Below, piece by piece: positions 1 to 8,329 of a stretch of 64,000 bases of DNA. Location of the stretch: contig CAVXKA010000003.1 of assembly GCA_963762255.1 (NCBI GenBank), positions 704,001 to 768,000 of the forward strand, read 5' to 3'. The DNA is from Candidatus Eiseniibacteriota bacterium. Lineage in GTDB: Bacteria; Eisenbacteria; RBG-16-71-46; JABDJR01. The first letter of the stretch is position 1. Each line of letters begins with the position of its first letter. The translations under genes and the position numbers were made by a program. The notes beneath the pieces are model-generated. The model was not told where the DNA came from. It saw nothing but the letters and a program-made list of their open reading frames with translations, and made no database searches.

Positions 1-632
1 ACCGCCTCACCGGAGTCGATCAGCGTCACTCCGTCCCCCATCACCTCGGCGATCACTCCTCCCAGGAGCGGATAGTGCGTACACCCGAGGATGAGCGTGT
101 CCACGTTCGCCTCGCGCAGCGGCTTCAGGTATTCCTCCGCCACGCGCCGCGTGACCGCGTGTTCGATCCAACCTTCCTCGACCAGCGGCACGAAGAGGGG
201 GCAGGCCGCCGAGGTCGCGGCGATGCGCGACTCCAGTCTCGTGAGCGCGGCGTCGTAGCAACGCGAGCCCACGGTGGCGCGCGTGCCGATCACCCCGACG
301 CGGCCGGTCCGCGTGGCCTGGGCCGCTCGGCGCGCGCCCGCCTCTACCACGCCAAGCACCGGGAACGGAGCCTCGCCCTTGAGCGCGTCGAGCGCCAACG
401 CGGAGGCGGTGTTGCACGCCACCACCAGGGCCTTGATGTCGAAATGATGCAGAAAGCGCAACGCCTCCAGCGACAGCCTCGTCACCGTGGCCTTCGACTT
501 GTTGCCATAGGGGAGCCGCGCGGTGTCGCCGAAGTAGACGAGGCTCTCCGCGGGGAGTGCGCGGGTGAGAGCGCGCACGACGGTGAGCCCCCCCAGACCG
601 GAATCGAACACGCCCAGCGGGGCCAGGTTCAC
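1..632 (-). CDS. murI: glutamate racemase (3' end runs off the window)
   Basis: Not in the ORF track. Manual translation from GTG at 632 gives MNLAPLGVFDSGLGGLTVV...YFGDTARLPYGNKS...LVVACNTASA and later LILGCTHYPLL, i.e. both catalytic Cys motifs. GTGA overlap with the upstream stop. Confidence 0.96.
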   Translation of the reverse strand, partial: MNLAPLGVFDSGLGGLTVVRALTRALPAESLVYFGDTARLPYGNKSKATVTRLSLEALRFLHHFDIKALVVACNTASALALDALKGEAPFPVLGVVEAGARRAAQATRTGRVGVIGTRATVGSRCYDAALTRLESRIAATSAACPLFVPLVEEGWIEHAVTRRVAEEYLKPLREANVDTLILGCTHYPLLGGVIAEVMGDGVTLIDSGEA

Positions 633-1222
633 CACGATGCGACCTCCAGACGCGAGCCCGGCTCGAGATGCCTGCCCCACGTCGTGAGCGGGCGTCCCTC
701 CACGAGCACGCGGACCTCGCGGATGTTGGGGAGGTTCTCTCCCAGCGTTCGCACGAATGCGGAGAGCTTGAGACGTTCCTCGAGAATGCCCTTTCCCTCG
801 ACGGCGGCGAAGCGACGATTGAAGTCGAGCACCGCCGTCCCCTCGCCGTCCTCGAAGTAGTGCAGAAGCTCCGTGCCGGAAGGGAGCGGCGTTTCGAGCC
901 CCGGCGCAGGACGGGTGAGAAACGTCACGAGGTCCCGGGCCAGATCCTGGCGCGACGACTCGGCCAAGACCTCGCGCCGGCGCGGCGCGAGCGCCGTCGA
1001 GTCCGCGGAGATGTAGTACACAACGACCGGACGAAGCGCGGTGCCGCGGCCGGTCAGGTCGAGTTGATAGTGAACGGAGTCGGGCTGGCGGAGGTTCACG
1101 AAGACCGCCGCCGCGGCGAGGGTCACGGCCGCGATCACGACAAGCCCGACCCACGTGATGTGCCGCGCGCGCAGCAGCGCGGCGACGCGATTCGCGGGTC
1201 CATCGAGGCGAGCGCGGCTCAT
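629..1222 (-). CDS. GerMN domain-containing membrane-anchored protein
   Basis: N-terminal TM helix; LPSGTELLH...AVLDFN...EERLKLSAFVRTL...VRVLVEG is the GerMN pattern. Sits between amidase and murI; ATGA overlap at 1222. Confidence 0.85.
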   Translation of the reverse strand: MSRARLDGPANRVAALLRARHITWVGLVVIAAVTLAAAAVFVNLRQPDSVHYQLDLTGRGTALRPVVVYYISADSTALAPRRREVLAESSRQDLARDLVTFLTRPAPGLETPLPSGTELLHYFEDGEGTAVLDFNRRFAAVEGKGILEERLKLSAFVRTLGENLPNIREVRVLVEGRPLTTWGRHLEPGSRLEVASW

Positions 1223-2673
1223 CGCCATCCCTCCTCGAACGCACCCTGCTCGCCGCCCAGGAGGTAGAGACGCAGGCCATCGAGCACGCCCGCCGCCACC
1301 TTCTCCCGGTCCTCCTCATTCCAATCGCGTGTGCCGTCGCCGAAACCCAACTCCAGAAGCACCGCGGGCTGATCCGCGCTCATGAGTTCGGGGATCTCTT
1401 CGGCGAAGACTCCCTGCGGCTCCTCGCCCAGCGCGGCCGCGACGCCGTCCATCACCGAGCGCGCCAGAAGCCTGCTCGACGCCAGGTACGGACTCTGCCC
1501 CCCGTTGAGGGATCGAAACCCCAGCGCCGTCATGGATGCCGAGGGGGTATCGTCGGGGCCCACATCGGCCACGAACGCCGCCGGCCCGCCCTTGCGATCG
1601 TGTACGTGCACCGAGATGAAAAGGTCGGCCCGGCTCTGGGCGGCACGTTGCCCGCGAACGGCCGCCGACGGGTTTTCTCCGGCATCCCGGGTCAGAACGG
1701 CCTCCGCGCCCATTTCCTCGCGAAGGCGCGACGCGATGCGCCGCGAGAGATCCAGCGCGACATCCGCCTCGGCTCCCCCCGCCAGCGTCGCTCCACGCTC
1801 GCCTCCACCGTGTCCGGGGTCCAGCGCGATGACGCGGATTCCATCCGCGGTGATCGCCGGCGCGGCGAGCGGCCGCAGGCGCCCCTCGCGCAGATCCCGC
1901 TCGTCGAGGCCGAGCACGATGGAGAGACGGCGGCCGGAGACGTCCACCCGATAGCCCTGCGCCGCCGAGGTCGGCGTGAAACTCACTTCGAGGCCGTCGG
2001 GAACATTGTGCAGAAGAAGCCCCTGAAACGCTTCGTGGGCGGTGGGGAGAGGTAGAAGCAGCGGGTCGTAGCTGACCCCGCGAATCCGGATCACGACCGA
2101 GGAGCGTTCGGCGATGACGACCTCATACCGCGGGTCGACATCGGTCGCGATGTGGAGCCGCCAGCCGAGCGCATCGCTGGTGATCTGCGCTCCGATCACC
2201 TGCCCCTCGCGCTCGAAAGCGCTCAGTCGGCGGCGCTCCCGTGAGAACCGCACCGGCTTCGCGATCCAGGGGCGCGGGGCACCGTTCTCGTCGAGCACGA
2301 GGTCCAGAGGCACCATCAGCTCTCCGCCCCAGAAGAACACCGCGCTCGGGAGGTGAAATGTCCGCGTCGCGTCGATGACCGCGACGTCCGACCCCGCGGT
2401 CACCGCGATCTCGTGCTTGTCCGCGGAGAGGGTCACCCGCCCGAGTTCGGATCGCCAGTAAAGGGTCGCGTCCAGAAGGAGCGCGATCTCGTCGGCGGCG
2501 AGGTACAGGACGCCGTCCCGCTCCCAGGCCGTGGTCGCGCGGGGCGCGCCGCGGGCGGGCGCGAGTTGGAGTTCGAAGGGGACGGTGCCCGGAGGAGTCT
2601 GCGCCGAGCCGGCCGGGGCCATGGCGCCGAGAAGCAGCGCGACGAGCACACCGCGCAGAGCGAATTTCGGCAT
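1219..2673 (-). CDS. N-acetylmuramoyl-L-alanine amidase (Amidase_3) with N-terminal extension
   Basis: Signal peptide; IALDPGHGG, AEADVAL, AVLTR, ADLFISVH, PAVLLELGF retain the His/Glu/His Zn ligands and the catalytic Glu. Confidence 0.9.
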   Translation of the reverse strand: MPKFALRGVLVALLLGAMAPAGSAQTPPGTVPFELQLAPARGAPRATTAWERDGVLYLAADEIALLLDATLYWRSELGRVTLSADKHEIAVTAGSDVAVIDATRTFHLPSAVFFWGGELMVPLDLVLDENGAPRPWIAKPVRFSRERRRLSAFEREGQVIGAQITSDALGWRLHIATDVDPRYEVVIAERSSVVIRIRGVSYDPLLLPLPTAHEAFQGLLLHNVPDGLEVSFTPTSAAQGYRVDVSGRRLSIVLGLDERDLREGRLRPLAAPAITADGIRVIALDPGHGGGERGATLAGGAEADVALDLSRRIASRLREEMGAEAVLTRDAGENPSAAVRGQRAAQSRADLFISVHVHDRKGGPAAFVADVGPDDTPSASMTALGFRSLNGGQSPYLASSRLLARSVMDGVAAALGEEPQGVFAEEIPELMSADQPAVLLELGFGDGTRDWNEEDREKVAAGVLDGLRLYLLGGEQGAFEEGWR

Positions 2674-3161
2674 CAGCGTCCCTTCCTGCTCATGGCTCGC
2701 GCCATCTCCCGCTCGGCGTCGCGCTTGGCGATGTCCTCGCGTTTGTCATGCGCCTTCTTGCCGCGGGCGAGCGCCAGTTCGATCTTGGCCCACCCGTCAC
2801 GAAAATAGATGCGCAGGGGAATCAGCGTCAGCCCCTTCTCCTTGGTCTTGACCAGGAGGCGATGAATCTCGCGGTGGGAGAGCAGAAGCTTGCGGGGACG
2901 GAGCGGATCGTGGTTGAAGCGGCTTGCCTGCTCGTACGGACTGATGTGGAGACTGACCACCCAGGCCTCGCCGTCCTTGATCTCGCCGTGCGCGTCTCCC
3001 ATGTTCGCCCGGCCGTCCCGGAGCGACTTGACCTCGGTCCCGGTCAGAACCATCCCCGCCTCGATCGTCTCCAGAATGTGGTAGTAGTGGCGCGCCTTGC
3101 GGTTCGTGGCGACGAGCTTGATGTCGTCCTTGGCCGCGCCGGCGGCTGGTTTCGATGGCAA
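2673..3161 (-). CDS. smpB: SsrA-binding protein SmpB
   Basis: ATNRKARHYY...EAGMVLTGTEVKSLR...RKLLL...LARGKKAHDKRE. Start set at TTG 3161 behind AGAAAGG (162 aa). Confidence 0.97.
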   Translation of the reverse strand: MPSKPAAGAAKDDIKLVATNRKARHYYHILETIEAGMVLTGTEVKSLRDGRANMGDAHGEIKDGEAWVVSLHISPYEQASRFNHDPLRPRKLLLSHREIHRLLVKTKEKGLTLIPLRIYFRDGWAKIELALARGKKAHDKREDIAKRDAEREMARAMSRKGR

Positions 3162-3292
3162 GGGAGCCTTTCTCTCGATCGGTGTGCTCGGCGGTCGTGC
3201 GGGGACCGGGGCCGCCCGGAAATCCAGGCGCCGCGCGGCCGGCCGCGCGCGCAAAGACGTTACCCGCACGCCGGGACGGGGGCAAGCGGGCA

Positions 3293-3321
3293 TTGACACT
3301 GCGCGGGGCGGGCCTTAGTCT
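3293..3321 (+). promoter_or_regulatory. sigma70-type promoter of tRNA-Leu
   Basis: TTGACA(3293-3298)-N17-TAGTCT(3316-3321), 22 nt before the tRNA. Confidence 0.75.
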
Positions 3322-3342
3322 TTTCCGTCCGCAATCTGCGGC

Positions 3343-3429
3343 GCGGAAGTGGCGGAACTGGCAGACGCGCTGGGTTCAGGGTCCAGTGGTGGCAACACCG
3401 TGGGGGTTCAAGTCCCCCCTTCCGCACCA
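3343..3429 (+). tRNA. tRNA-Leu (anticodon CAG)
   Basis: Acceptor GCGGAAG/CTTCCGC-A-CCA; D-loop GGAACTGGCAGAC; anticodon arm CTGGG-TTCAGGG-TCCAG; long variable arm; T-arm GGGGG-TTCAAGT-CCCCC; 87 nt. Confidence 0.97.
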
Positions 3430-3502
3430 GTCTTTTCTTCAGTCCCCCGGCCTCGATCGGCTCGCCAGTGCCGTATCGAGGCCTCGGGGGATCCAGGCGA
3501 TC

Positions 3503-4945
3503 TTGGCCACGACCAACCGCCCCCTCACCGTCGCAGCGCTCCTCCTCGGCATGTTCATGGCCGCCGTGGAGTTGACCATCGTGTCCACGGCGATGCCATC
3601 GGTGATCGCCGACCTGGGCGGGATTCACCACTACTCCTGGGTCTTCACCGCGTATCTGCTCGCCTCGACCCTCACCGTCCCCCTGTACGGCAAGCTTGCC
3701 GACCTCTACGGGCGGAAGCCGATCCTCCTCGTCGGGACCGGGTTCTTCCTCGTCGGCTCCGCGGCGAGCGGTCTCTCATCCAACATGACGCAGCTCATCG
3801 CGGCCCGAGTCGTTCAGGGGTTGGGAGCGGGCGCAATGCAGCCGGTCTCGCTCACGATCATTGGCGACATCTTCAGTCTCGAGGAGCGGGCCCGCATGCA
3901 GGGACTCTTCGGCGCGGTGTGGGGGCTCGCCGGCCTCATCGGCCCGGTGCTGGGCGGCCTCATCGTGAAGTACCTGTCGTGGCACTGGGTCTTCTTCGTG
4001 AACGTTCCGTTCGGGCTGGCCTCGGCGGCGCTCCTGCTCGTCTCGCTGCACGAAAACGTTGAGCACAAACGCCACGCGCTGGACACCACGGGCGCCCTGC
4101 TCCTCGCGGCGTCGGTCACGCTGCTGCTTCTGGGCTCGCAGGGGGGCCACGGTCCGCTCCCGATCGTGGGGGCGGCCGTGCTCCTGGCCGCGTTCATCTT
4201 CCAGGAGCGGCGCGCGCGGGAGCCGATCGTCCCTCTCGGACTCTTCCGATCGCCGGTGATGGCCGTGTCGAGCGCGGCGGGGGTGATGATCGGGGGCTCG
4301 ATGCTCGCCACCGTCACCTACGTGCCGCTCTTCGTGCAGGGGGTCCTCGGCGGGTCCCCCACGATGGCCGGCAGCGCGATCACGCCCATGGTCATCGCGT
4401 GGCCGGTGGCGAGCGCTCTGGGGGGACGTCTCCTGCCCAGCGTGGGGTATCGCCCGCTCATCTGGCTGGGGCTCACCCTCTCCGCCGCCGGAGCGTTCGC
4501 GCTCGCGCTCGTAACCCATCCCTCCGAGAACATCAACGCGCTCCGGGCCGCCACCGCGGGCTTCGGGTTGGGGCTCGGCTTCGCCAACACCGCGCTCTTG
4601 ATCGCGGTGCAGACCGCGGTGGGGTGGGAACAACGAGGGATCGCCACCGCCAGCACGCTCTTCTTCCGGAGCATCGGCGGCGCGCTCGCGATCGGAGTCA
4701 CGGGCGGCGTGCTCTCGCGCGCTCTGGGGGCGGACCCTTCGATCCCCGCCGAGGCGGCGAACCGGCTCCTGGGCCCGGCGCGCGGGAGCGGGCTCGATCC
4801 CGGCGTCTTGCAGCGCCTGGGCAGCGCCATGGACTCGGGGCTGGACCGCGTGTTCTGGATCATCTTCGCGATGGCGGCGGCGGCGCTGGCGGCCTCGCTC
4901 TTCTTCCCCCACGTCCCGACCCGCCCGGCTCAGGACCGGGTCTGA
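3503..4945 (+). CDS. MFS drug/metabolite efflux transporter (DHA2/EmrB-QacA-like, 14 TM)
   Basis: TIVSTAMPSV, WVFTAYLL, GKLADLYGRK (motif A), ARVVQGLGAG, GPVLGG, WVFFVNVPFG. The longer ORF start overlaps the tRNA, so TTG 3503 was chosen. Confidence 0.92.
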   Translation: MATTNRPLTVAALLLGMFMAAVELTIVSTAMPSVIADLGGIHHYSWVFTAYLLASTLTVPLYGKLADLYGRKPILLVGTGFFLVGSAASGLSSNMTQLIAARVVQGLGAGAMQPVSLTIIGDIFSLEERARMQGLFGAVWGLAGLIGPVLGGLIVKYLSWHWVFFVNVPFGLASAALLLVSLHENVEHKRHALDTTGALLLAASVTLLLLGSQGGHGPLPIVGAAVLLAAFIFQERRAREPIVPLGLFRSPVMAVSSAAGVMIGGSMLATVTYVPLFVQGVLGGSPTMAGSAITPMVIAWPVASALGGRLLPSVGYRPLIWLGLTLSAAGAFALALVTHPSENINALRAATAGFGLGLGFANTALLIAVQTAVGWEQRGIATASTLFFRSIGGALAIGVTGGVLSRALGADPSIPAEAANRLLGPARGSGLDPGVLQRLGSAMDSGLDRVFWIIFAMAAAALAASLFFPHVPTRPAQDRV

Positions 4946-4977
4946 GTCGGGCGGGTCGTAGCTGCGGAGCGTTTTCC

Positions 4978-6135
4978 CTATTCGATCGTGAGGCTCGAGA
5001 GCGACGCCGACGGCGACGAGCCGGCCATCGCGTGACACTGATCGCAACCCGGCGCGCTGTACCCGTCGGAGAGGGGCCAGGTCATCGCGAACGCCTCGCC
5101 CGATCCGTGCGCCTTGTGGCAACTGAGACAGAAGACTCCGTTGTTGCGGGCGTTGACGGCGCCGGCGGCCCCGAAGTCGGCGGCCCCGCTCACCACGAAG
5201 CGCACGCGGGGCACCGAGAACCCCGAACCGGTTCCCGCTTCCCAGTGCATGGGGTCGGAGCCCCCGTCCACCGCACCCATGGCAATCGAATTCGGGGAAC
5301 CGCGCTCGCTATCGTAGCTGGGATGGCGACTGTGGATTCCGTCGCCGTCGGGGTCGATGGCGGTGCTCCCCGAGAAGATGTGGTGGCAGTCCACACACAT
5401 GTTGGACACTTCGCGCAACGCGTCGGAGTCGAGGGTTCCGTAGGAAACGTTTCGGGTTTCGTAGCGCGCCAAACCGGCGGCGCCCGGACTCACGAAGAGC
5501 CCCAGGTCGGGAGTCGACTCCGGGTCGCTCGCCCACTGCAGATTGCGGGCGACCCCGTTGCCGTGGGGGTTGTGGCAATCGATGCAGGTCACCTGCCTGT
5601 CGCTACCAACGCCGGAATGACATCGATCACACAGGCCGCTCCCCTCCCGCAGATCCCGCCCAAGGTCGTGGCCTCGCGGGTTCATGGTCCCGGTTCGGTC
5701 GAAGTGCCCCGCCGAGCGCTCGGCGAGCCCGTTCACATCCGCCCCCATCACGTCGGGCACACCCATGCGGCCGTCGTGACAGCTCAGGCACAGGTCCAGC
5801 GGATCCGGCGTCTTGAGCAGGTACGGGTTCATGGTCCCGTCGTAGGCAAGGGGTTCCATCGGACGCGGAGTCCCGGGATGCGGAGCGGGAGACGTGGACA
5901 CGTGCAAGAGGTGGCAATCCTCGCACACCGCCTCCGGGCCATTGTGGTGACGGGGCACGGCGTCCGGGTAGAGCGCGACCCCGGCGTCCGTGGCCGTCGA
6001 CGCACCGCCGGGCCGGCCGCCGATGTGAAGGGGAACCGAGGAGTGTTGCTCGAGTCCGTCCGCGAACGAGCCGGCCGACATGAAGCCGGCGGCCGCAAGA
6101 GCGATCCATGCACCTGCCCACACCGCGCGTCCCAT
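4978..6135 (-). CDS. secreted multiheme c-type cytochrome (7 CxxCH; doubled-CXXCH/cytochrome c3-like)
   Basis: Signal peptide; CEDCH, CLSCH, CDRCH, CIDCH, CVDCH, CLSCH, CDQCH, three of them CxxCHxxH. AAGGAG RBS. Confidence 0.9.
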   Translation of the reverse strand: MGRAVWAGAWIALAAAGFMSAGSFADGLEQHSSVPLHIGGRPGGASTATDAGVALYPDAVPRHHNGPEAVCEDCHLLHVSTSPAPHPGTPRPMEPLAYDGTMNPYLLKTPDPLDLCLSCHDGRMGVPDVMGADVNGLAERSAGHFDRTGTMNPRGHDLGRDLREGSGLCDRCHSGVGSDRQVTCIDCHNPHGNGVARNLQWASDPESTPDLGLFVSPGAAGLARYETRNVSYGTLDSDALREVSNMCVDCHHIFSGSTAIDPDGDGIHSRHPSYDSERGSPNSIAMGAVDGGSDPMHWEAGTGSGFSVPRVRFVVSGAADFGAAGAVNARNNGVFCLSCHKAHGSGEAFAMTWPLSDGYSAPGCDQCHAMAGSSPSASLSSLTIE

Positions 6136-6318
6136 CGGGACACTCCTTCAGGAAGCGATCGCCGTTGACCGGCAGTGCCCCGAGTCTTCCGGGCCAGCGT
6201 TGGCGCTGGTGCTCGCCGGAGGAGGGGCATCCCCTCTTGGAATCGGCTTCGAGAAGGCGCGCCTGAAGTTCGGAGAACAAACGAACGGATGTTTGCTATG
6301 GAATTCGAACTGTTGTCG

Positions 6319-6360
6319 AAAAACAGGAAAGCCGGGGCCGCCCCGCGGCCGCCCCGGCTT
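6319..6360 (-). terminator. probable intrinsic terminator after the lamin-tail gene
   Basis: AAGCCGGGGC...GCCCCGGCTT stem (6329-6360) followed on the minus strand by a T-rich tract (TCCTGTTTTT). Confidence 0.65.
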
Positions 6361-6369
6361 CGTGCGCCA

Positions 6370-7008
6370 TCAAGGCTCCGGCAGGAACCTCGATTTGATC
6401 GCCCCCCAGCTCTCGGCCTCGGCCGCCGTCGGGCAGTCCAGCAGCATTCCCGGTGATGGAGCGCACCCCGTGCTGGCCGGAAGACCCGACCCGGTGAAGG
6501 GGTTCATCCCGTCGAAGAGCCGCCAACTGGGTCCGCCGTCGGGAGCCCGGCCCGAACTGCGGTCGTCCTCAGCCTCGAGGTCCAGGTACGTGTAGGCATC
6601 CACGAGAATCGGGGCTCCTTCCGTCGTCCGCATGAGGAGAAGGGTTCCCCCGGTGTTGTTCAGACGCAGCCCGTACTGCGGCTCTCCGTTGGCTTGCTCC
6701 CACTGGTAGCTCTCTCCCCCGTACACCACGCGGACCTCTCCCGGATTGAGCACGCCGGTGAACTCGTAGCGCCAGGTCGTGTCGGCGGCGGCCAGTCGAT
6801 AGCCCTCCAGCGCCACCGGCGCCGCGCCGGCGTTGATGATCTCCACCCACTCGTCATCTCGGGAGCTGTACACGCCACTCCCATCCCAATCGAACAACGG
6901 ATCCGCCATCATCTCGTTGAGGAGCACCTCTGCTCCGACGCCTCCCGCCGCCGTCGCGAGGCCGATCGCGGTCAGGATCACGACAAAGAAACCGGTTCTC
7001 AAGGACAT
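6370..7008 (-). CDS. secreted lamin-tail-domain protein with C-terminal 'SWGAIK' tail
   Basis: Signal peptide; VLLNEMMADP...DEWVEIIN...L.GY.L...LNNTGG...SSGRAPDG...SPG is an LTD; ends TAAEAESWGAIKSRFLPEP. GGAGGT RBS. Confidence 0.85.
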   Translation of the reverse strand: MSLRTGFFVVILTAIGLATAAGGVGAEVLLNEMMADPLFDWDGSGVYSSRDDEWVEIINAGAAPVALEGYRLAAADTTWRYEFTGVLNPGEVRVVYGGESYQWEQANGEPQYGLRLNNTGGTLLLMRTTEGAPILVDAYTYLDLEAEDDRSSGRAPDGGPSWRLFDGMNPFTGSGLPASTGCAPSPGMLLDCPTAAEAESWGAIKSRFLPEP

Positions 7009-7104
7009 GGAAATACCTCCGTGTTGTGACTGGACGGAGGGTTGTGGGGAGGCGGGCCGATGCGGGGACGACTCGGGCGCGATGCGCCCGCCCGGGCCGT
7101 CGGG

Positions 7105-8283
7105 TCAGGTCTTCTTTGTCGCGGCGACGAAGGATGCGATGCGGTCGAGCGCCTTGTCGAGGTTCTCCAGCGAGTTGGCGTAGGAGAACCTGAGGTGCCC
7201 TTCGCCGAACGCTCCAAAAGCGGTGCCGCTCAGCGCGGCCACGCCGAAATCGTCGAGCAGTCCGCGGGCGATTTCGCGGGACGGGCGGCCGAGGGCACGC
7301 ACATCGGGGAAGACATAGAACGCGCCGTGTGGAAGCAGGCAGTCGATGCCTTCGATCCGGTTGAGTCCGGCCACCAGGTGGTCCCGGCGGCGGCGGAACT
7401 CGTCCCGCATGCGGCCCGGTTCGGTCTGGGATCCCCGTAACGCCTCCATGCCCGCCCGCTGCACGAAGGAGGCGGTGCAGGAGTTGCAGTTGGTGGCGAG
7501 TTGGGACACCCATCGTGCCAGGGGCTCCGGCATCACGCCGTAGCCCAGGCGCCAACCGGTCATGGCATAGGTCTTCGAGAACCCGTCCAGGATGATCGTG
7601 CGGTCGGCCATGCCCTCCTGGGTGGCGATCGAGAGGTGGTCCCCCTCGTAGATGATCTGGGAGTAGATCTCGTCGGAGAGCACCCACGTCTCGGGAAAGT
7701 CGCGCAGGATGGCGCCGATGCTGCGGATGTCCTCCGGAGGGAGCATCCCCCCCGTCGGGTTCTGCGGCGTGTTGAGGATCACCAGGCGCGTTTTCTGGGA
7801 TAGCTTGTCCCGAAATTCGTCGAGATCGAGACGAAATTCGTTCTCCTGCCGCAGCGGGAGCGGCACCGCCTTCGCTCCCGCGTACTGGATCACCGACTCG
7901 TAGATCGGGAACCCGGGGTTGGGGTAGAGCACCTCGTCGCCCGGGTCGAGGACCGCCAGCATCGTGTAGAACATGATCGGCTTGCCGCCAGGGGTCACCA
8001 CGACGTTGGCCGCCTTCGCGGTCACCCCCCGATCGCGGGAGATATGGTCGGCGATGACCTCGCGGAACTCGGGAAGCCCGGCGGAAGGGCCGTAGTGGGT
8101 GAAGCCCTGATCGAGAGCCGCCTTGGCCGCTTCGATGATGTTGGCCGGCGTGTTGAAATCAGGCTCGCCGATCTCGAGATGGACGACGTCCTTTCCCTGC
8201 GCCTCGAGTTGCTTGGCCCGCGCCAGCACCTCGAAGGCAGTCTCGGTGCCCAGCCGCTCCATCGCTCTGGCAAACCTCGGCAT
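7105..8283 (-). CDS. PLP-dependent aminotransferase class I/II (aspartate aminotransferase family)
   Basis: LEIGEPDF, THYGPSAG, NTPQNPTG, SDEIY, GFSKTYAMTGWRLG (PLP Lys), GAFYVF, LRFSYA. Start at ATG 8283 behind GGAG. Confidence 0.95.
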   Translation of the reverse strand: MPRFARAMERLGTETAFEVLARAKQLEAQGKDVVHLEIGEPDFNTPANIIEAAKAALDQGFTHYGPSAGLPEFREVIADHISRDRGVTAKAANVVVTPGGKPIMFYTMLAVLDPGDEVLYPNPGFPIYESVIQYAGAKAVPLPLRQENEFRLDLDEFRDKLSQKTRLVILNTPQNPTGGMLPPEDIRSIGAILRDFPETWVLSDEIYSQIIYEGDHLSIATQEGMADRTIILDGFSKTYAMTGWRLGYGVMPEPLARWVSQLATNCNSCTASFVQRAGMEALRGSQTEPGRMRDEFRRRRDHLVAGLNRIEGIDCLLPHGAFYVFPDVRALGRPSREIARGLLDDFGVAALSGTAFGAFGEGHLRFSYANSLENLDKALDRIASFVAATKKT

Positions 8284-8329
8284 GTCGTGCTCCATGATTG
8301 TTGCTGGGGGTGATTCCAAAATCGTGAGC

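Noticed and set aside
629-2673. GerMN plus amidase as evidence of sporulation
   Set aside because: The amidase-GerMN-murI arrangement occurs in many non-sporulating bacteria, and no spo genes are present here.
2673-3340. tmRNA next to smpB
   Set aside because: No tmRNA-like ends or tag reading frame are visible; the only RNA gene here is the tRNA.
3343-4945. tRNA-Leu as an island or prophage integration site
   Set aside because: No integrase follows the tRNA and I saw no duplicated tRNA 3' end; the next gene is an ordinary MFS transporter.
6136-6320. Possible riboswitch (e.g. c-di-GMP) upstream of the multiheme cytochrome
   Set aside because: Small hairpins are present but the consensus elements could not be matched by eye; an Rfam scan would settle it.
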